From positions 1 through 32,015 of IMG/VR virus record IMGVR_UViG_3300033405_000056: a DNA stretch of 32,015 nucleotides. One strand, 5' to 3'. The stretch comes from a virus (Duplodnaviria > Caudoviricetes). The notes beneath the pieces are model-generated. The model was not told the DNA's origin. It saw nothing but the letters and a program-made list of their open reading frames with translations, and made no database searches. A program made the position numbers and the translations under genes. This document shows, piece after piece, positions 8,142 through 17,241 of this stretch (its first letter is position 1; each line of letters begins with the position of its first letter).

Positions 8142-9457
8142 GCGCTCGCCCCCTGCTCGTCGTAGGACACGTAGAGCTTGCCCATGGCGTAGCCCAGGGC
8201 GATCCCGTAGCAATCGAGCGAGTTGGCGGAGTAATTCGGCCCGGTCAGGATCGAACCTGGCGGTGTCAGATTGCCGGCATTGACGATTGAGCTATTGAAC
8301 AGGGGCCGGATGTCAGGGCCGAATTCCTCGGTGCGCGTGGTGTCCGAACGCCGCAGTCCTCCTGGTGACACGAAGTAGTCGACGAGTCCCTTACCCTTGA
8401 CCACGGCAAACGCGCTGGTGAGTCCGACGCCGTCCTCGATCTGCTCGAGCGTCCCCGTATAGGGATCCCCGATCAGCACCCAGACGGACTTTTCCTTGTA
8501 GATCACCAACACGCCCGTGTGATCGGTGCACCAGATGATCGCTTCGCCGTCTTGGCCCACATCGACCCATGCCCCCGCGGCAGGATCAGTGTTCCAGTAC
8601 TGCGGTTGACCCGGCGGGGTGTAAAAGAGCCGGTTGCCCACCCAGCTATACAACGCATCGAAATATGGACCGGCCAGGCCGCAACCTGCGGGAGGCAGGC
8701 CGTTGCCGATAGGCATCTGCTCGCCATTGTCCGTGATGGTCAGGTCATTCGTATTCCACGTGCCGGTTGTCGTGCCGTTGGCGACGGTGAGGCAGAGATA
8801 GGCGCCGCCCAGCGTTCCCCCCACGGCGTAGATGTTCACAAAGCCCACGCGCGGATCGGTCGAAACGGGGATACCGGTGAAATTGACGTCCTGATCCGCC
8901 ACGGTTACCGCGATCGATTGCGGGCCGCCGTTCGATTCCGCGGTTTGATCCGTCGCTTCGAAGGTCGCGTAGAAGTTGTAAGTGCCGTTAGGGCCAGTAG
9001 AATCCGTCGCGCCGGCGGCCGGCGTGGGCGCGCTCGACGGCCCGGTGATGGCCCATGCCCAGAACGCCGCACCGTCATGGTAGCCCTGGACGTTCCGGTC
9101 CATGATGAACATCTTGCCGAGCATGGCTGCGAAGCCGACTCGAAAACCGCTCAGGCCGCTCACGATGGGCGTCGATCCGCCGTTGTAGTAAACGCTGCAG
9201 GGGTTCGGGCCGCTCAGGACGTTGCACGCGGTGTAATAGCTGGTCTCATCGCCGCCATTGTTGGCGGAACTGTGCGCGTAGCCTACGCCGGCAATGCGGT
9301 ATTTCTGCGGGTAACCCCAGCGCTGCACCAGTTTGCCGGTGCGGTCGACGCGAAAGTTCTGGCCGAGCAGGATCGAAGTCTTGGGAACTTTGTCCCCGGG
9401 ATCCGCGAGCGAGAACTTGTCGGCCAGGATCTGCAGTTTTTCACGGGTATACCCCAC
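8138..9457 (-). CDS. Tail nozzle/stabilisation protein (P22 gp10 / T7 tubular protein B-like), N-terminal part
   Basis: 'GQNFRVDRTGKLVQRWGY', 'NRLFYT', 'LVIYKEKSVWVL' and 'GVGLTSAFAV' beta-propeller-type motifs; lies after the adaptor genes. Confidence 0.7.
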   Translation of the reverse strand: MGYTREKLQILADKFSLADPGDKVPKTSILLGQNFRVDRTGKLVQRWGYPQKYRIAGVGYAHSSANNGGDETSYYTACNVLSGPNPCSVYYNGGSTPIVSGLSGFRVGFAAMLGKMFIMDRNVQGYHDGAAFWAWAITGPSSAPTPAAGATDSTGPNGTYNFYATFEATDQTAESNGGPQSIAVTVADQDVNFTGIPVSTDPRVGFVNIYAVGGTLGGAYLCLTVANGTTTGTWNTNDLTITDNGEQMPIGNGLPPAGCGLAGPYFDALYSWVGNRLFYTPPGQPQYWNTDPAAGAWVDVGQDGEAIIWCTDHTGVLVIYKEKSVWVLIGDPYTGTLEQIEDGVGLTSAFAVVKGKGLVDYFVSPGGLRRSDTTRTEEFGPDIRPLFNSSIVNAGNLTPPGSILTGPNYSANSLDCYGIALGYAMGKLYVSYDEQGASA

Positions 9458-9471
9458 GCCCGTTGTTCGAC
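9455..9471 (-). promoter_or_regulatory. GTCGAA late-promoter motif
   Basis: GTCGAA-CAACGGGC-GTG. Confidence 0.7.
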
Positions 9472-9487
9472 CCGCGAAGCCGTTAGC

Positions 9488-10108
9488 CTACGCGCCTACG
9501 CCGTAAAGGTGCTGGACGATCTCTTCGTACGTCGCGGCGCGCTGCTCGTAGTGGTCCGCCATTTCCGTTTGCGTGCCGTCCGATTCCTTGCGGCGCGCAG
9601 CTTCCAGCATCCGGTAGCTCAGCCAGTCCTGCAGCGGGATAGGGAGCTGCACGGTGGAAGCATCGAGCGCGATGGTACAGGGATACTCCTCTGCGATTTG
9701 GTTCAGCGTCCCGCCGGCGCTGGGATTCGGGTAAAGCGTAATCGTGCCGATGCTACCGGCGTCGAGCGATGCCCGCGTGCTGGCTCCAGACGTTGCGGAC
9801 CAGGTGGCATCGAGCGCCCAAAGCTCGCGCACGGGTGTTAGCCGCAGGTTGGCGGTGCCGAGCCACGCCGCAAGCGTGTAAACGTTTGCTGCGGGCTCAT
9901 CGTAGACGGCGGTGCCTTCACTCACCGTGATCGAGGAATCGTAAGTGATGAAGGCGCCCGCCAAATAGGCCAGGCGCTGCACGGCCTCGTCGGCGAATTC
10001 GTACAGCTCGGTTGAGGTCACCCAGGTCCCGGTGGCGTCCAGATCGTCGGCATCCTGGAAGCCGAGCCGGTAAGTGATATCAGTGATGCAGTCGGCCGCG
10101 TCGATCAT
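9488..10108 (-). CDS. Head-tail adaptor/ring protein paralog 4
   Basis: ELYEFADEAVQRL, ITLYPNPS and LPIPLQDWLSY motifs shared with neighbouring adaptor-like genes. Confidence 0.65.
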   Translation of the reverse strand: MIDAADCITDITYRLGFQDADDLDATGTWVTSTELYEFADEAVQRLAYLAGAFITYDSSITVSEGTAVYDEPAANVYTLAAWLGTANLRLTPVRELWALDATWSATSGASTRASLDAGSIGTITLYPNPSAGGTLNQIAEEYPCTIALDASTVQLPIPLQDWLSYRMLEAARRKESDGTQTEMADHYEQRAATYEEIVQHLYGVGA

Positions 10109-10809
10109 TGTGGTGTCACCGTCCCATCGCCTTGCGGCAGCAGATTCACAGGCATCGTGCCGGCGAGCTTCGAGCGATCGAAAAACTCATCCTCTGGGGG
10201 ACACTTATCATAGCGGGCGCCTTTGTTGCGCGATCGCACGAAGCCCGCGTATTGCTTGGCCGCATCCATGAACCGGTCATGGTAAGGGATCGTCTTCGAA
10301 AATTCCTGCGCACCTTCCACCATGCGGCAGCGATAGATGGCATAAGAGACCAAAGCCGCATGGTACTCCGCGGGGATCGCGGGCACGTCCGTGTCATCCA
10401 CGAGCGCGGCGGGCGCCTGCACGTAAGTCACGGTGAGGGCCGCGAATGACTGGCCGTATACGCCGATGAAGTCTGCCCCCAGCGAGAGATACCGGGTAAT
10501 CGCGGTGTCCGAAGAGATCCAGGAAGGATTGAGCGCAGCGAGTTCGGCCAGGGTTGCAGGCCGCACCTTCGCGCCCGTCGAGTCGGTGATGCGGAGCGGA
10601 CAAATCCAGTCGGAAGCCACACTCAACATGTGGGTGAAAGTGGCTTCGGGCGTCCAGGAAATGGAATTTTCCAAACCCAAAGTCAGCAGGACAAAGTACC
10701 GTTGGGCTTCATTCAAGGCGGCTACCAGTTCAGCTTTGGGATAGTACACGGGCGTGCCGGCTTCGTTGAGCCGCTGGCTCACCCGCGTAACCATGACGGA
10801 GAGCTGCAC
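10105..10809 (-). CDS. Head-tail adaptor/ring protein paralog 3
   Basis: GTG 10809 directly follows the upstream stop; ELVAALNEAQR and DTDVPAIPAEYHAALVSYA are typical adaptor motifs. Confidence 0.7.
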   Translation of the reverse strand: MQLSVMVTRVSQRLNEAGTPVYYPKAELVAALNEAQRYFVLLTLGLENSISWTPEATFTHMLSVASDWICPLRITDSTGAKVRPATLAELAALNPSWISSDTAITRYLSLGADFIGVYGQSFAALTVTYVQAPAALVDDTDVPAIPAEYHAALVSYAIYRCRMVEGAQEFSKTIPYHDRFMDAAKQYAGFVRSRNKGARYDKCPPEDEFFDRSKLAGTMPVNLLPQGDGTVTPQ

Positions 10810-10810
10810 G

Positions 10811-11500
10811 TTATTTCGCCCGCGGTGGAGGCGTGAACTTCGCCGCGCCCACATAGCGCGCTTCCTCGGCCAGGCGCGAATTCGGCTGCCGGTGCATTTC
10901 GACCCGGAGCATGTCGTTGATGCCGGCGGTGAAGAGGTTCTCGAAGGCGGTCATCCCGTCGTAGTCCTTCGCCAGGCTGAGAATGTCCGCGCGCACGCCC
11001 TGGATGATTACTCTGGGGGGTATCCAGGGCAGCGGCGACTCGGTGATCTCGGTCGGATCGAAATTGGGCGCATTGACGATGTAGCGATAGGCCAGCGTCG
11101 ATGCGGCCGCGGTCGAGCTCGGAACCGGGTAAACCTCGACCTGGTGCACTGGCGGGGTGTCGCCCGAATCCTGCGCCAGTGAATAATAGAAAGGCTGCCC
11201 CTGGTCCGCGCGGCCCGGAAACCGCATATTCAGCTCGGCCTGGGTATACGGCCGCATCGGGAAATCGCCCGCGGTGTTGTTCATTTCTAGCAAAATTTTG
11301 AGGTTCGCCGGCAGCTTGTAAATGCTGGGCGTGCCCGGTGTCCCCTCGGTGATCGTGAGGGCCGCGCCTACCTCAAGACTTTTCCAGGGGTACGCGTCAA
11401 GAATCGTCTTATAACGCTCGTAAAGAAAAGAATCCAGCATGTCCAAATCGAGGTTTTCGCCCCATTTGGCGCACATAAGTCTGATAGTTCCCCAGGTCAC
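10811..11500 (-). CDS. Head-tail adaptor/ring protein paralog 2
   Basis: MTWGTIR, YKLPAN, VHQVEVYPVP and ESPLPWI; clearly paralogous to 11610..12557. Confidence 0.7.
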   Translation of the reverse strand: MTWGTIRLMCAKWGENLDLDMLDSFLYERYKTILDAYPWKSLEVGAALTITEGTPGTPSIYKLPANLKILLEMNNTAGDFPMRPYTQAELNMRFPGRADQGQPFYYSLAQDSGDTPPVHQVEVYPVPSSTAAASTLAYRYIVNAPNFDPTEITESPLPWIPPRVIIQGVRADILSLAKDYDGMTAFENLFTAGINDMLRVEMHRQPNSRLAEEARYVGAAKFTPPPRAK

Positions 11501-11515
11501 AATCAGTCATTCGAC
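11498..11515 (-). promoter_or_regulatory. GTCGAA late-promoter motif
   Basis: GTCGAA-TGACTGATT-GTG. Confidence 0.6.
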
Positions 11516-11573
11516 GGTACCAGGAATCGGCATTTTGAACCTAGTAGACACAGGGCTTTCGAGGGACACAGCG

Positions 11574-11610
11574 AAAAAACAACAGGACCCCCGAGGAATG
11601 GGCTGTTGCT
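11574..11610 (-). terminator. Probable intrinsic terminator
   Basis: Minus strand GCAACAGCCC...GGG..CTGTTG followed by TTTTTT, right after the stop of 11610..12557. Confidence 0.5.
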
Positions 11611-12557
11611 CAGTTCGTTCCGTTGTTCCATCCGTAATTGTACCCACGCGCGCTTCTCTCCACGCGATGACGCCAGAAGCGCGGCGCCATCCGCATGGTG
11701 GGCTTCGTCCGTCTCTGCGTAAATTCCACGCGCAGCATGCGCGCCAGCTCGGCGTTGAACTTGGCTTCGAACATCTGCGCCTGGCTGATCTTGCCCGCAT
11801 CGGCAGCGAGGTCCGCTTTCACTCCGTACATGATGCAGGAGTCGCTGATGAAGGGGAGCGGCGATTGCGCCAGGTTCTGGCCGTTGAAGGTGAACGCATT
11901 GCGTAGGTATTCGATGGTCATGCCCCGCGCGAACTTCGGCGGGGGGAACAGCTCGACCTGGTGCACGGTGGGCGTGCCGATGACTTCGGCCGTGTCCTCG
12001 ATCTCGGTCCAGTTCTGCGGGTAGCCGACTTGCGCCCGGCTGCCGGCCGTCTCGTCCAGTTCCGCCGGCGTGAACTTGATCAGCGGGAAGTTGGTCAGCG
12101 AATCGAGTACGCGCTCGAGGGATCGGCAGTCCGCCGGCAGCGTGTACACGTTCTGCATGAACACGTAGCCGCTCGATGCGTATTGGACGCCTGGCGCGTC
12201 CTCGCCGTATCCCTCGTAAGGTCGATCGAGCGTGAGGCTTGTGGCGCTGCCGACTGCGGTCACCGTGTAGACCGGCTCATCGCCCACGCGGTAGAACTTC
12301 ATCCCGACATAGGCGTCCGTCCAGGCGGTCCCGACGCCCGCCACGGTGGCGGATCCCACGGTGAGGGTGCAGGTGTCGGTGTTCGAGAGGTAGGCCGCCG
12401 CGGTTTGCAGTTCAGCCCGGGCGTGGATCCCGGTCCAGTCGGCGGCGCCGAGAATCTGCTCATAGCGCCCGTTCAGGAACCCGTCGAGCACGTCCAGGTT
12501 CGTGCCCGGGACCTGTTGCAGGATGTTGTATCGAAGAGTGCCCCAAGTAGCCATCAC
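11610..12557 (-). CDS. Head-tail adaptor/ring protein paralog 1 with an inserted beta domain
   Basis: MATWGTLR, YTLPADC, VHQVELFPPP and QSPLPFI; insert TVTAVGSATSLTLDRPYEG. Confidence 0.7.
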   Translation of the reverse strand: MMATWGTLRYNILQQVPGTNLDVLDGFLNGRYEQILGAADWTGIHARAELQTAAAYLSNTDTCTLTVGSATVAGVGTAWTDAYVGMKFYRVGDEPVYTVTAVGSATSLTLDRPYEGYGEDAPGVQYASSGYVFMQNVYTLPADCRSLERVLDSLTNFPLIKFTPAELDETAGSRAQVGYPQNWTEIEDTAEVIGTPTVHQVELFPPPKFARGMTIEYLRNAFTFNGQNLAQSPLPFISDSCIMYGVKADLAADAGKISQAQMFEAKFNAELARMLRVEFTQRRTKPTMRMAPRFWRHRVERSARGYNYGWNNGTN

Positions 12558-12570
12558 CAGGCAATTCGAC
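12552..12570 (-). promoter_or_regulatory. GTCGAA late-promoter motif
   Basis: GTCGAA-TTGCCTG-GTG-ATG. Confidence 0.6.
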
Positions 12571-12607
12571 TTCGCGAGGGGTACGATGGTCTGCAGGGAG
12601 AATCACC

Positions 12608-12910
12608 ATGGACAATGGTTTCGTCACAATCGGCAGTCACAACATCCCGCTGACAGGCATCCGGGATGTCGATACGCAGTATGAGCGCAATCAGAGCGAG
12701 GGTGGGGGAACGTGCGTGAGGCTCTGGCTCAATACTCAGCCAGGCAGCCCCGGACCCACCTTCTACGACTTCCGCGGCAACCAGGCCCAGCAGATCCGCA
12801 GAAACCTGCTGGCACTAGGGAACACAGGCTCGTGCATGGTCTTGCTCGAAGCCGGCGAGACAGGCGAAACTGCCGAACCGCCGAAAGGCAAGACTGCCGG
12901 CGCCAAATAG
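12608..12910 (+). CDS. Hypothetical moron-like protein
   Basis: Opposite strand within the structural block; own TACGAT -10 (12582), GGGAG SD and downstream hairpin. Confidence 0.7.
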   Translation: MDNGFVTIGSHNIPLTGIRDVDTQYERNQSEGGGTCVRLWLNTQPGSPGPTFYDFRGNQAQQIRRNLLALGNTGSCMVLLEAGETGETAEPPKGKTAGAK

Positions 12911-12940
12911 CATCGGGCGAGCGGTAACGCTCGCTCGGTG
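12911..12940 (+). terminator. Stem-loop after the plus-strand gene
   Basis: CATCGGGCGAGCG-GTAA-CGCTCGCTCGGTG: 13-bp stem with G-U pairs on the plus strand and a GNRA loop; no U-tract. Confidence 0.55.
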
Positions 12941-12950
12941 ATAATGTTGC

Positions 12951-14564
12951 CTAGTAACCCTCGCACGTCCAAGCGACCACGTCTCCGACTCCAAAGGCAG
13001 ATGTAGCCGTGATCGTCAATTGAGATGTGGTCTCAGCCCATGTCAGCCCGGTATTTAGGCTTGTCGTGGTCCTGTCTCGCACGTAACAGTTCACGTAGCT
13101 TCGCGAGTATGCGCTTGACCAGTAGATGATACCGGTCGTGGCCGTCCCACCGGTGCCTATGACTACTTGGCCAGCACTGTCGAATCCATTGATACTGGGA
13201 TTGGTGCCAAATCCGGAATGCACAGTGGGGGAGCCGCCCTGCCCCGTTACATGCCCAAAATATGCATCTGGAGTCGCAAAGTGATTATAGCCAGGAGCGT
13301 AAATGCCGTACGCTGTACCATAGCCTCCGAGTTGACCTGTCGGATAGGCCAGTGACACATTTTCGGCGTAGCAATTCTGAGTGGTCGCGCTGTTGGGGTT
13401 GTAAACAATAATGGCCGGGCACGATGAGCTAGAGTGGATTGCATATCCATTTGCCCATGAGGCCCCATCTGTCGTGATATTAGAATTGGAGTCGATCACC
13501 GGAGCTAGTACCCCGAACTGTCCAGGGAAACGAATTGCTTGCGCTGTGCCAGACGCACCGGCGGCTATCTGGACTCCGTAAAGCGACACCGTACCATTCT
13601 TGACCCAGATTCCATAATTCTCGAACGCTTCAACATTGGATCCGGAGATTGTCACATATGAGTAAGTATTCGCGGAATCTCCCAGTGATGTGCTCTGCCC
13701 GAGCGCGGCCCAGTTAACATTTGAACCAGAGCCATCTAAGCCGTTGCAGTTGCTTATCGTCGCCGATCCTTGGTAAATTACATAGGCAGACTTGCCGCTG
13801 CCGACTGCATGCACGTAACTGTTTGCAATCGTGCTGGCTGGCCAGCCATTTATCTCGATGCCGTTGTCGGCACTGCTGGTACATCCTACCTCGTCGATCA
13901 ACGTCGAGAACGCATCGGGAAGGTAGACGCATCTACCACCCACCCCCACGACCGTAACGTCATGGATCGTCAAATTATTGGTGAACGTATCGTTGTGAAT
14001 GTATATTCCGTGGTTCGACACGCCTCCGTTTCCATTGATTCCCAGGTCTCGAATGGTGAGTGCAGATATCGAGGCACCGGTCGTCTCGATCACGCCTGTG
14101 CCGGTGCGACTCTTGATCACCGAATTGAGCGGTCCATCGCCATATACCAGCATCCCGGACACATTGATGCAGGTAATTGTGTCCGTCAAGTACGTCCCCG
14201 CGGGAAAATAAAGTGCAGTGGTCGCCGCCTTGGCGGCTGCGCACGCGTTAGCAATGGCCGTCGTATCGTTAGCGGAGCCATTGCCAACAGCGCCGTACGA
14301 CTTGACGTTGATCGGCATCGCTGGAGAATAGAGCACGTTTGCGCCGAGTGTCCCAGTGGGAGCACCGCTAGGTAAAGTAGTCCCTATCGCGACGGTGCCT
14401 GGGATCCTGGTGACCGACGTCGCTCCGCTTCCGGTCACGGTGCTCCCCACTGGCAACGACGGGCCTCCAACGCAAGCCCCGTTGCTGAGCACGTATCCGT
14501 TGGGACAGTTCTGCGCCACAAGCGGAAACACCGCGAAAACCGCGGCGAGTATCCAGAGTTTCAT
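12951..14564 (-). CDS. Pectate-lyase-superfamily beta-helix protein (tailspike/depolymerase-like) with a signal-peptide-like N-terminus
   Basis: INVKSYGAVGNGSANDTTAI...LYFPAGTY motif; real start ATG 14564 (MKLWILAAVFAVFPLVAQ) after an AAGGAAGG SD; visibly lower GC than flanking genes. Confidence 0.8.
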   Translation of the reverse strand: MKLWILAAVFAVFPLVAQNCPNGYVLSNGACVGGPSLPVGSTVTGSGATSVTRIPGTVAIGTTLPSGAPTGTLGANVLYSPAMPINVKSYGAVGNGSANDTTAIANACAAAKAATTALYFPAGTYLTDTITCINVSGMLVYGDGPLNSVIKSRTGTGVIETTGASISALTIRDLGINGNGGVSNHGIYIHNDTFTNNLTIHDVTVVGVGGRCVYLPDAFSTLIDEVGCTSSADNGIEINGWPASTIANSYVHAVGSGKSAYVIYQGSATISNCNGLDGSGSNVNWAALGQSTSLGDSANTYSYVTISGSNVEAFENYGIWVKNGTVSLYGVQIAAGASGTAQAIRFPGQFGVLAPVIDSNSNITTDGASWANGYAIHSSSSCPAIIVYNPNSATTQNCYAENVSLAYPTGQLGGYGTAYGIYAPGYNHFATPDAYFGHVTGQGGSPTVHSGFGTNPSINGFDSAGQVVIGTGGTATTGIIYWSSAYSRSYVNCYVRDRTTTSLNTGLTWAETTSQLTITATSAFGVGDVVAWTCEGY

Positions 14565-14575
14565 AAACCTTCCTT

Positions 14576-14986
14576 TTACGGTAGAATTTCCGCGTCGACC
14601 TGAAGCGTGGCTGCGTTGCCTGTGCCGAGCGTGAGCTGGACGGCCCATTGCAGGGGCAGATGTAGGCCCATCACGCCAAGGGATGCGCCCCCGGACGCGA
14701 CCTGCGATGGCAGCCACGCGCCCGGGTAAAAGTCGAAGACAAACGTGCCCGCCGTCGAGAGAATGCCCGCGGCCGAGAAGCCAGCCAGAGGAATCAGCGT
14801 CCCGGTGCTGGGGACTGCGCCGCACAGAAAAAGGCTGTCGGTTGCGTCTGCGCTGGTGACGGCAGAGACGGTGACGTAGAGCCGGATGCCCCGGCCCCAC
14901 GTGTTGGTTTCGACTTGCGAGGTATACGTGCCCGCCGTGAAGGCCGTGGCCCGCACGACATTTGGCCTGTAGCTCTTGTTCTGCAT
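14576..14986 (-). CDS. Hypothetical virion protein
   Basis: Start MQNKSY directly after the upstream stop; beta-rich (GRGIRLYVTVSAVT). Confidence 0.6.
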   Translation of the reverse strand: MQNKSYRPNVVRATAFTAGTYTSQVETNTWGRGIRLYVTVSAVTSADATDSLFLCGAVPSTGTLIPLAGFSAAGILSTAGTFVFDFYPGAWLPSQVASGGASLGVMGLHLPLQWAVQLTLGTGNAATLQVDAEILP

Positions 14987-14990
14987 GGCG

Positions 14991-15626
14991 TTACGAGTTC
15001 GCCGGAACCACGTAGACCACGAGCACTTCAATGACGCCCTGTGTCAGCGGTCCGGTCTCCACAGTGATGAGGATCTGGCCGGCCGCGCTCATCTTTACAG
15101 GCGATGCAAAGGTGCATGCTCCGTTAATCAGCGCGTCGGCGGTGAGCGAGGCCTTGCCTGTCGATCCGAGGATCGACGTGGCCGAGGATCCTGCCGTGGT
15201 GCCGATTTCGAGCGTTGCCGAACCTGCAGCCGCTACGGCCGTAGTCGGATTGATCGTTGCCCCGATCAGCAGTGCGTTTGCCGGGATGGTGGCGTTGGCC
15301 GCGGGCGTGCAGCTTGCCCCGCCGTCGACGGCAAAGTTGTAGATCGCGTGAGCCACGCCCACCGAGCCGAGCCCGGTTTGGGGGCCAGCCAGGCCGCCGT
15401 TGACGATGGCGCCCGCAGCGTTGATCGCGAAGATCACCGTTCCATCGGGTTGCTCGACGGTGAGGATGTTGGCCGATTGGTTGGTGGGGACCTGCAGGCG
15501 CAGGGCGATGTCGTCGCCTGCGCCTACGGTCAGCGGATCGTGTCCGAGTGAGCCCGCGCCGCGCAGCGTGATGACGGTCGGCCCGCGAAACCGGGTAGCC
15601 CCGGTGGTTTCTTGAGTTTGTCCCAT
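14991..15626 (-). CDS. Putative head decoration/minor capsid protein
   Basis: Immediately after the major capsid gene; TRFRGP and ATIPANA motifs; AAAGGAAA SD. Confidence 0.6.
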   Translation of the reverse strand: MGQTQETTGATRFRGPTVITLRGAGSLGHDPLTVGAGDDIALRLQVPTNQSANILTVEQPDGTVIFAINAAGAIVNGGLAGPQTGLGSVGVAHAIYNFAVDGGASCTPAANATIPANALLIGATINPTTAVAAAGSATLEIGTTAGSSATSILGSTGKASLTADALINGACTFASPVKMSAAGQILITVETGPLTQGVIEVLVVYVVPANS

Positions 15627-15670
15627 CTTAGTAAGTTTCCTTTCGGTGACTTAGTAACTAGGCCGAACGC

Positions 15671-16591
15671 CTAGCTGGAGGGCACTCCCCAGATGCCGTA
15701 GAAGCCGTTGAATCCGACGGCGAATCTCATCCAACCGGCGGTCTTGAGGGACCGCGTATCGAAATCGATGTCGTGGCGAGTGTTGAACGCCTCGCGGTTG
15801 TAGAACCGCAGTTCGGTGTCTTCCTTCTCGCACTCGATGAACCAGGCGTTGGGATCGCTGAGATAATCCCAGACCATCCAGCTATCGAAGCTGGGCATCC
15901 CCGAGCGCCGCTTGAAGGCGTTGATGGTGCGGTTGGCGGTATCCGGTCGGTCGTTGCCGCCGAGCAGTTCCGCCGCGATGAATTCGAGTTGCGAAGGCAC
16001 GATCAATTTCTTGGGCGGAATGCGCAGTTTCTTGCCGCGGTGATCGAGCGTTTGCCGGATCCCGGTCAGCGAGAGCTGAATGCTGGTGATGTCTGGGTCG
16101 CTGGCATAGGCGAGGCGGTTGGTCTGTGTTCCGCCGCCCACCAGGGGGTGAGCCGTGGAGAACAGGGACTGGCCGTCCGGACCGTTCGAGACCGTGAAAC
16201 CGTTGTTGAAGACCGAGGCCGCGGTTACCTCGACGGTTTCCTTGGCCGACTTGCCCAGCTCGCTGGCGAGCTTGCGAACCACCCCGAATTTGTCATCGTC
16301 CTGCGCAATGCGCGAGACGCGGAACCCCAAGCTGTACTGGGCCGGGATGTAGGTCTTGTTGAACCCGGGAAGCGGATCGTCGTAGACGGTCCGATCGTTT
16401 TCGGGCACGACCGCGAACTGTCCGAAGCCCGTTACCTCGGTGGTCTGCTCGATCGACCGAGATGAGGTCTCCATCCGGAAAACCTCGCTGTATTGCTCCG
16501 GAAACCTGTTGTACTTGCTCATGACCACCTCGTCGATGGCCGGGAGCATGGTCGTCAGGTTCAAATCCGGAAAGGATGTGCGTAAATACAT
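15671..16591 (-). CDS. Major capsid protein (Mu gpT-like family)
   Basis: YSLGFRVSR...DDD, GPDGQSLFSTAHPL, PKKLIVPSQLEF, WDYLSDPNAWF and RFAVGF...GIWG motifs. Confidence 0.9.
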   Translation of the reverse strand: MYLRTSFPDLNLTTMLPAIDEVVMSKYNRFPEQYSEVFRMETSSRSIEQTTEVTGFGQFAVVPENDRTVYDDPLPGFNKTYIPAQYSLGFRVSRIAQDDDKFGVVRKLASELGKSAKETVEVTAASVFNNGFTVSNGPDGQSLFSTAHPLVGGGTQTNRLAYASDPDITSIQLSLTGIRQTLDHRGKKLRIPPKKLIVPSQLEFIAAELLGGNDRPDTANRTINAFKRRSGMPSFDSWMVWDYLSDPNAWFIECEKEDTELRFYNREAFNTRHDIDFDTRSLKTAGWMRFAVGFNGFYGIWGVPSS

Positions 16592-16630
16592 TGCTGTGCC
16601 TGTGTCCCCTGTTCCTGTTCCTGTGCCGCG

Positions 16631-17194
16631 CTAGACGCCGGCGGTGTCCTGTCCGAGTTCGGACTTGAGAATGACGACTTCCACAATCGCGTTCGCGCCC
16701 TCCACGTTGGGGCTGATGTTCGACACGCGGATGATGCGGAGATCGAGCCCCGAAGTCGTCGCGATGGATCCGTTCGCCACGGCCATCTTGGATTGCTTGG
16801 TGAGCGCGTTGCCCGCCTGGTTGTTCACGTTGGCGTTCTTGCCGGCGTGGGAGGCGGTAGTCACGGCGAGCGTACCGTCGACCTGCGCGATATAAATGGT
16901 GTCCAGTTCGTCGTAGACGTACTGCGGGGTCGCGGTCGAGGCGGCGCCGTAGTTGACGCTCGCGCCCAGCCACAGAGTCGTACCCGGGGTTGCGTTCTGG
17001 CCGCTGGTGCAGCCGGGCATCGGGTTGCCGAGGCCGGTAGGATCGGGCACGCTGGTTGCGGCCTTCATCACCAAGTCGGCCGCGAAGATGGCAGTTCCGT
17101 CGTTAGACGCCTTGCCGTATTGGCGGGTAGTCAACGGGCCGCCGCTGTCCCGCGAGATGGCTTTGAAGCCGAAAGGGTTGTTGGGGTTCGCCAC
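16631..17194 (-). CDS. Capsid-associated (cement/decoration-like) protein
   Basis: MANPNNPFGF N-terminus, a type often found just before this capsid family; GAGGA SD. Confidence 0.7.
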   Translation of the reverse strand: MANPNNPFGFKAISRDSGGPLTTRQYGKASNDGTAIFAADLVMKAATSVPDPTGLGNPMPGCTSGQNATPGTTLWLGASVNYGAASTATPQYVYDELDTIYIAQVDGTLAVTTASHAGKNANVNNQAGNALTKQSKMAVANGSIATTSGLDLRIIRVSNISPNVEGANAIVEVVILKSELGQDTAGV

Positions 17195-17224
17195 GCGAAA
17201 AATATCCTCGCCCTTTCGTTCGAC
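17192..17224 (-). promoter_or_regulatory. GTCGAA late-promoter motif with a short SD leader (capsid operon)
   Basis: GTCGAA-CGAAAGGGC-GAGGATATTTTTCGC-GTG. Confidence 0.65.
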
Positions 17225-17241
17225 CTGTCACCGACGAATCG

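Noticed and set aside
14565-14900. 112-aa N-terminal extension of the beta-helix ORF
   Set aside because: It overlaps 14576..14986; a strong SD and signal-like sequence mark ATG 14564 as the start. The same logic trims the track starts at 1853, 4176, 8213, 10854 and 24245.
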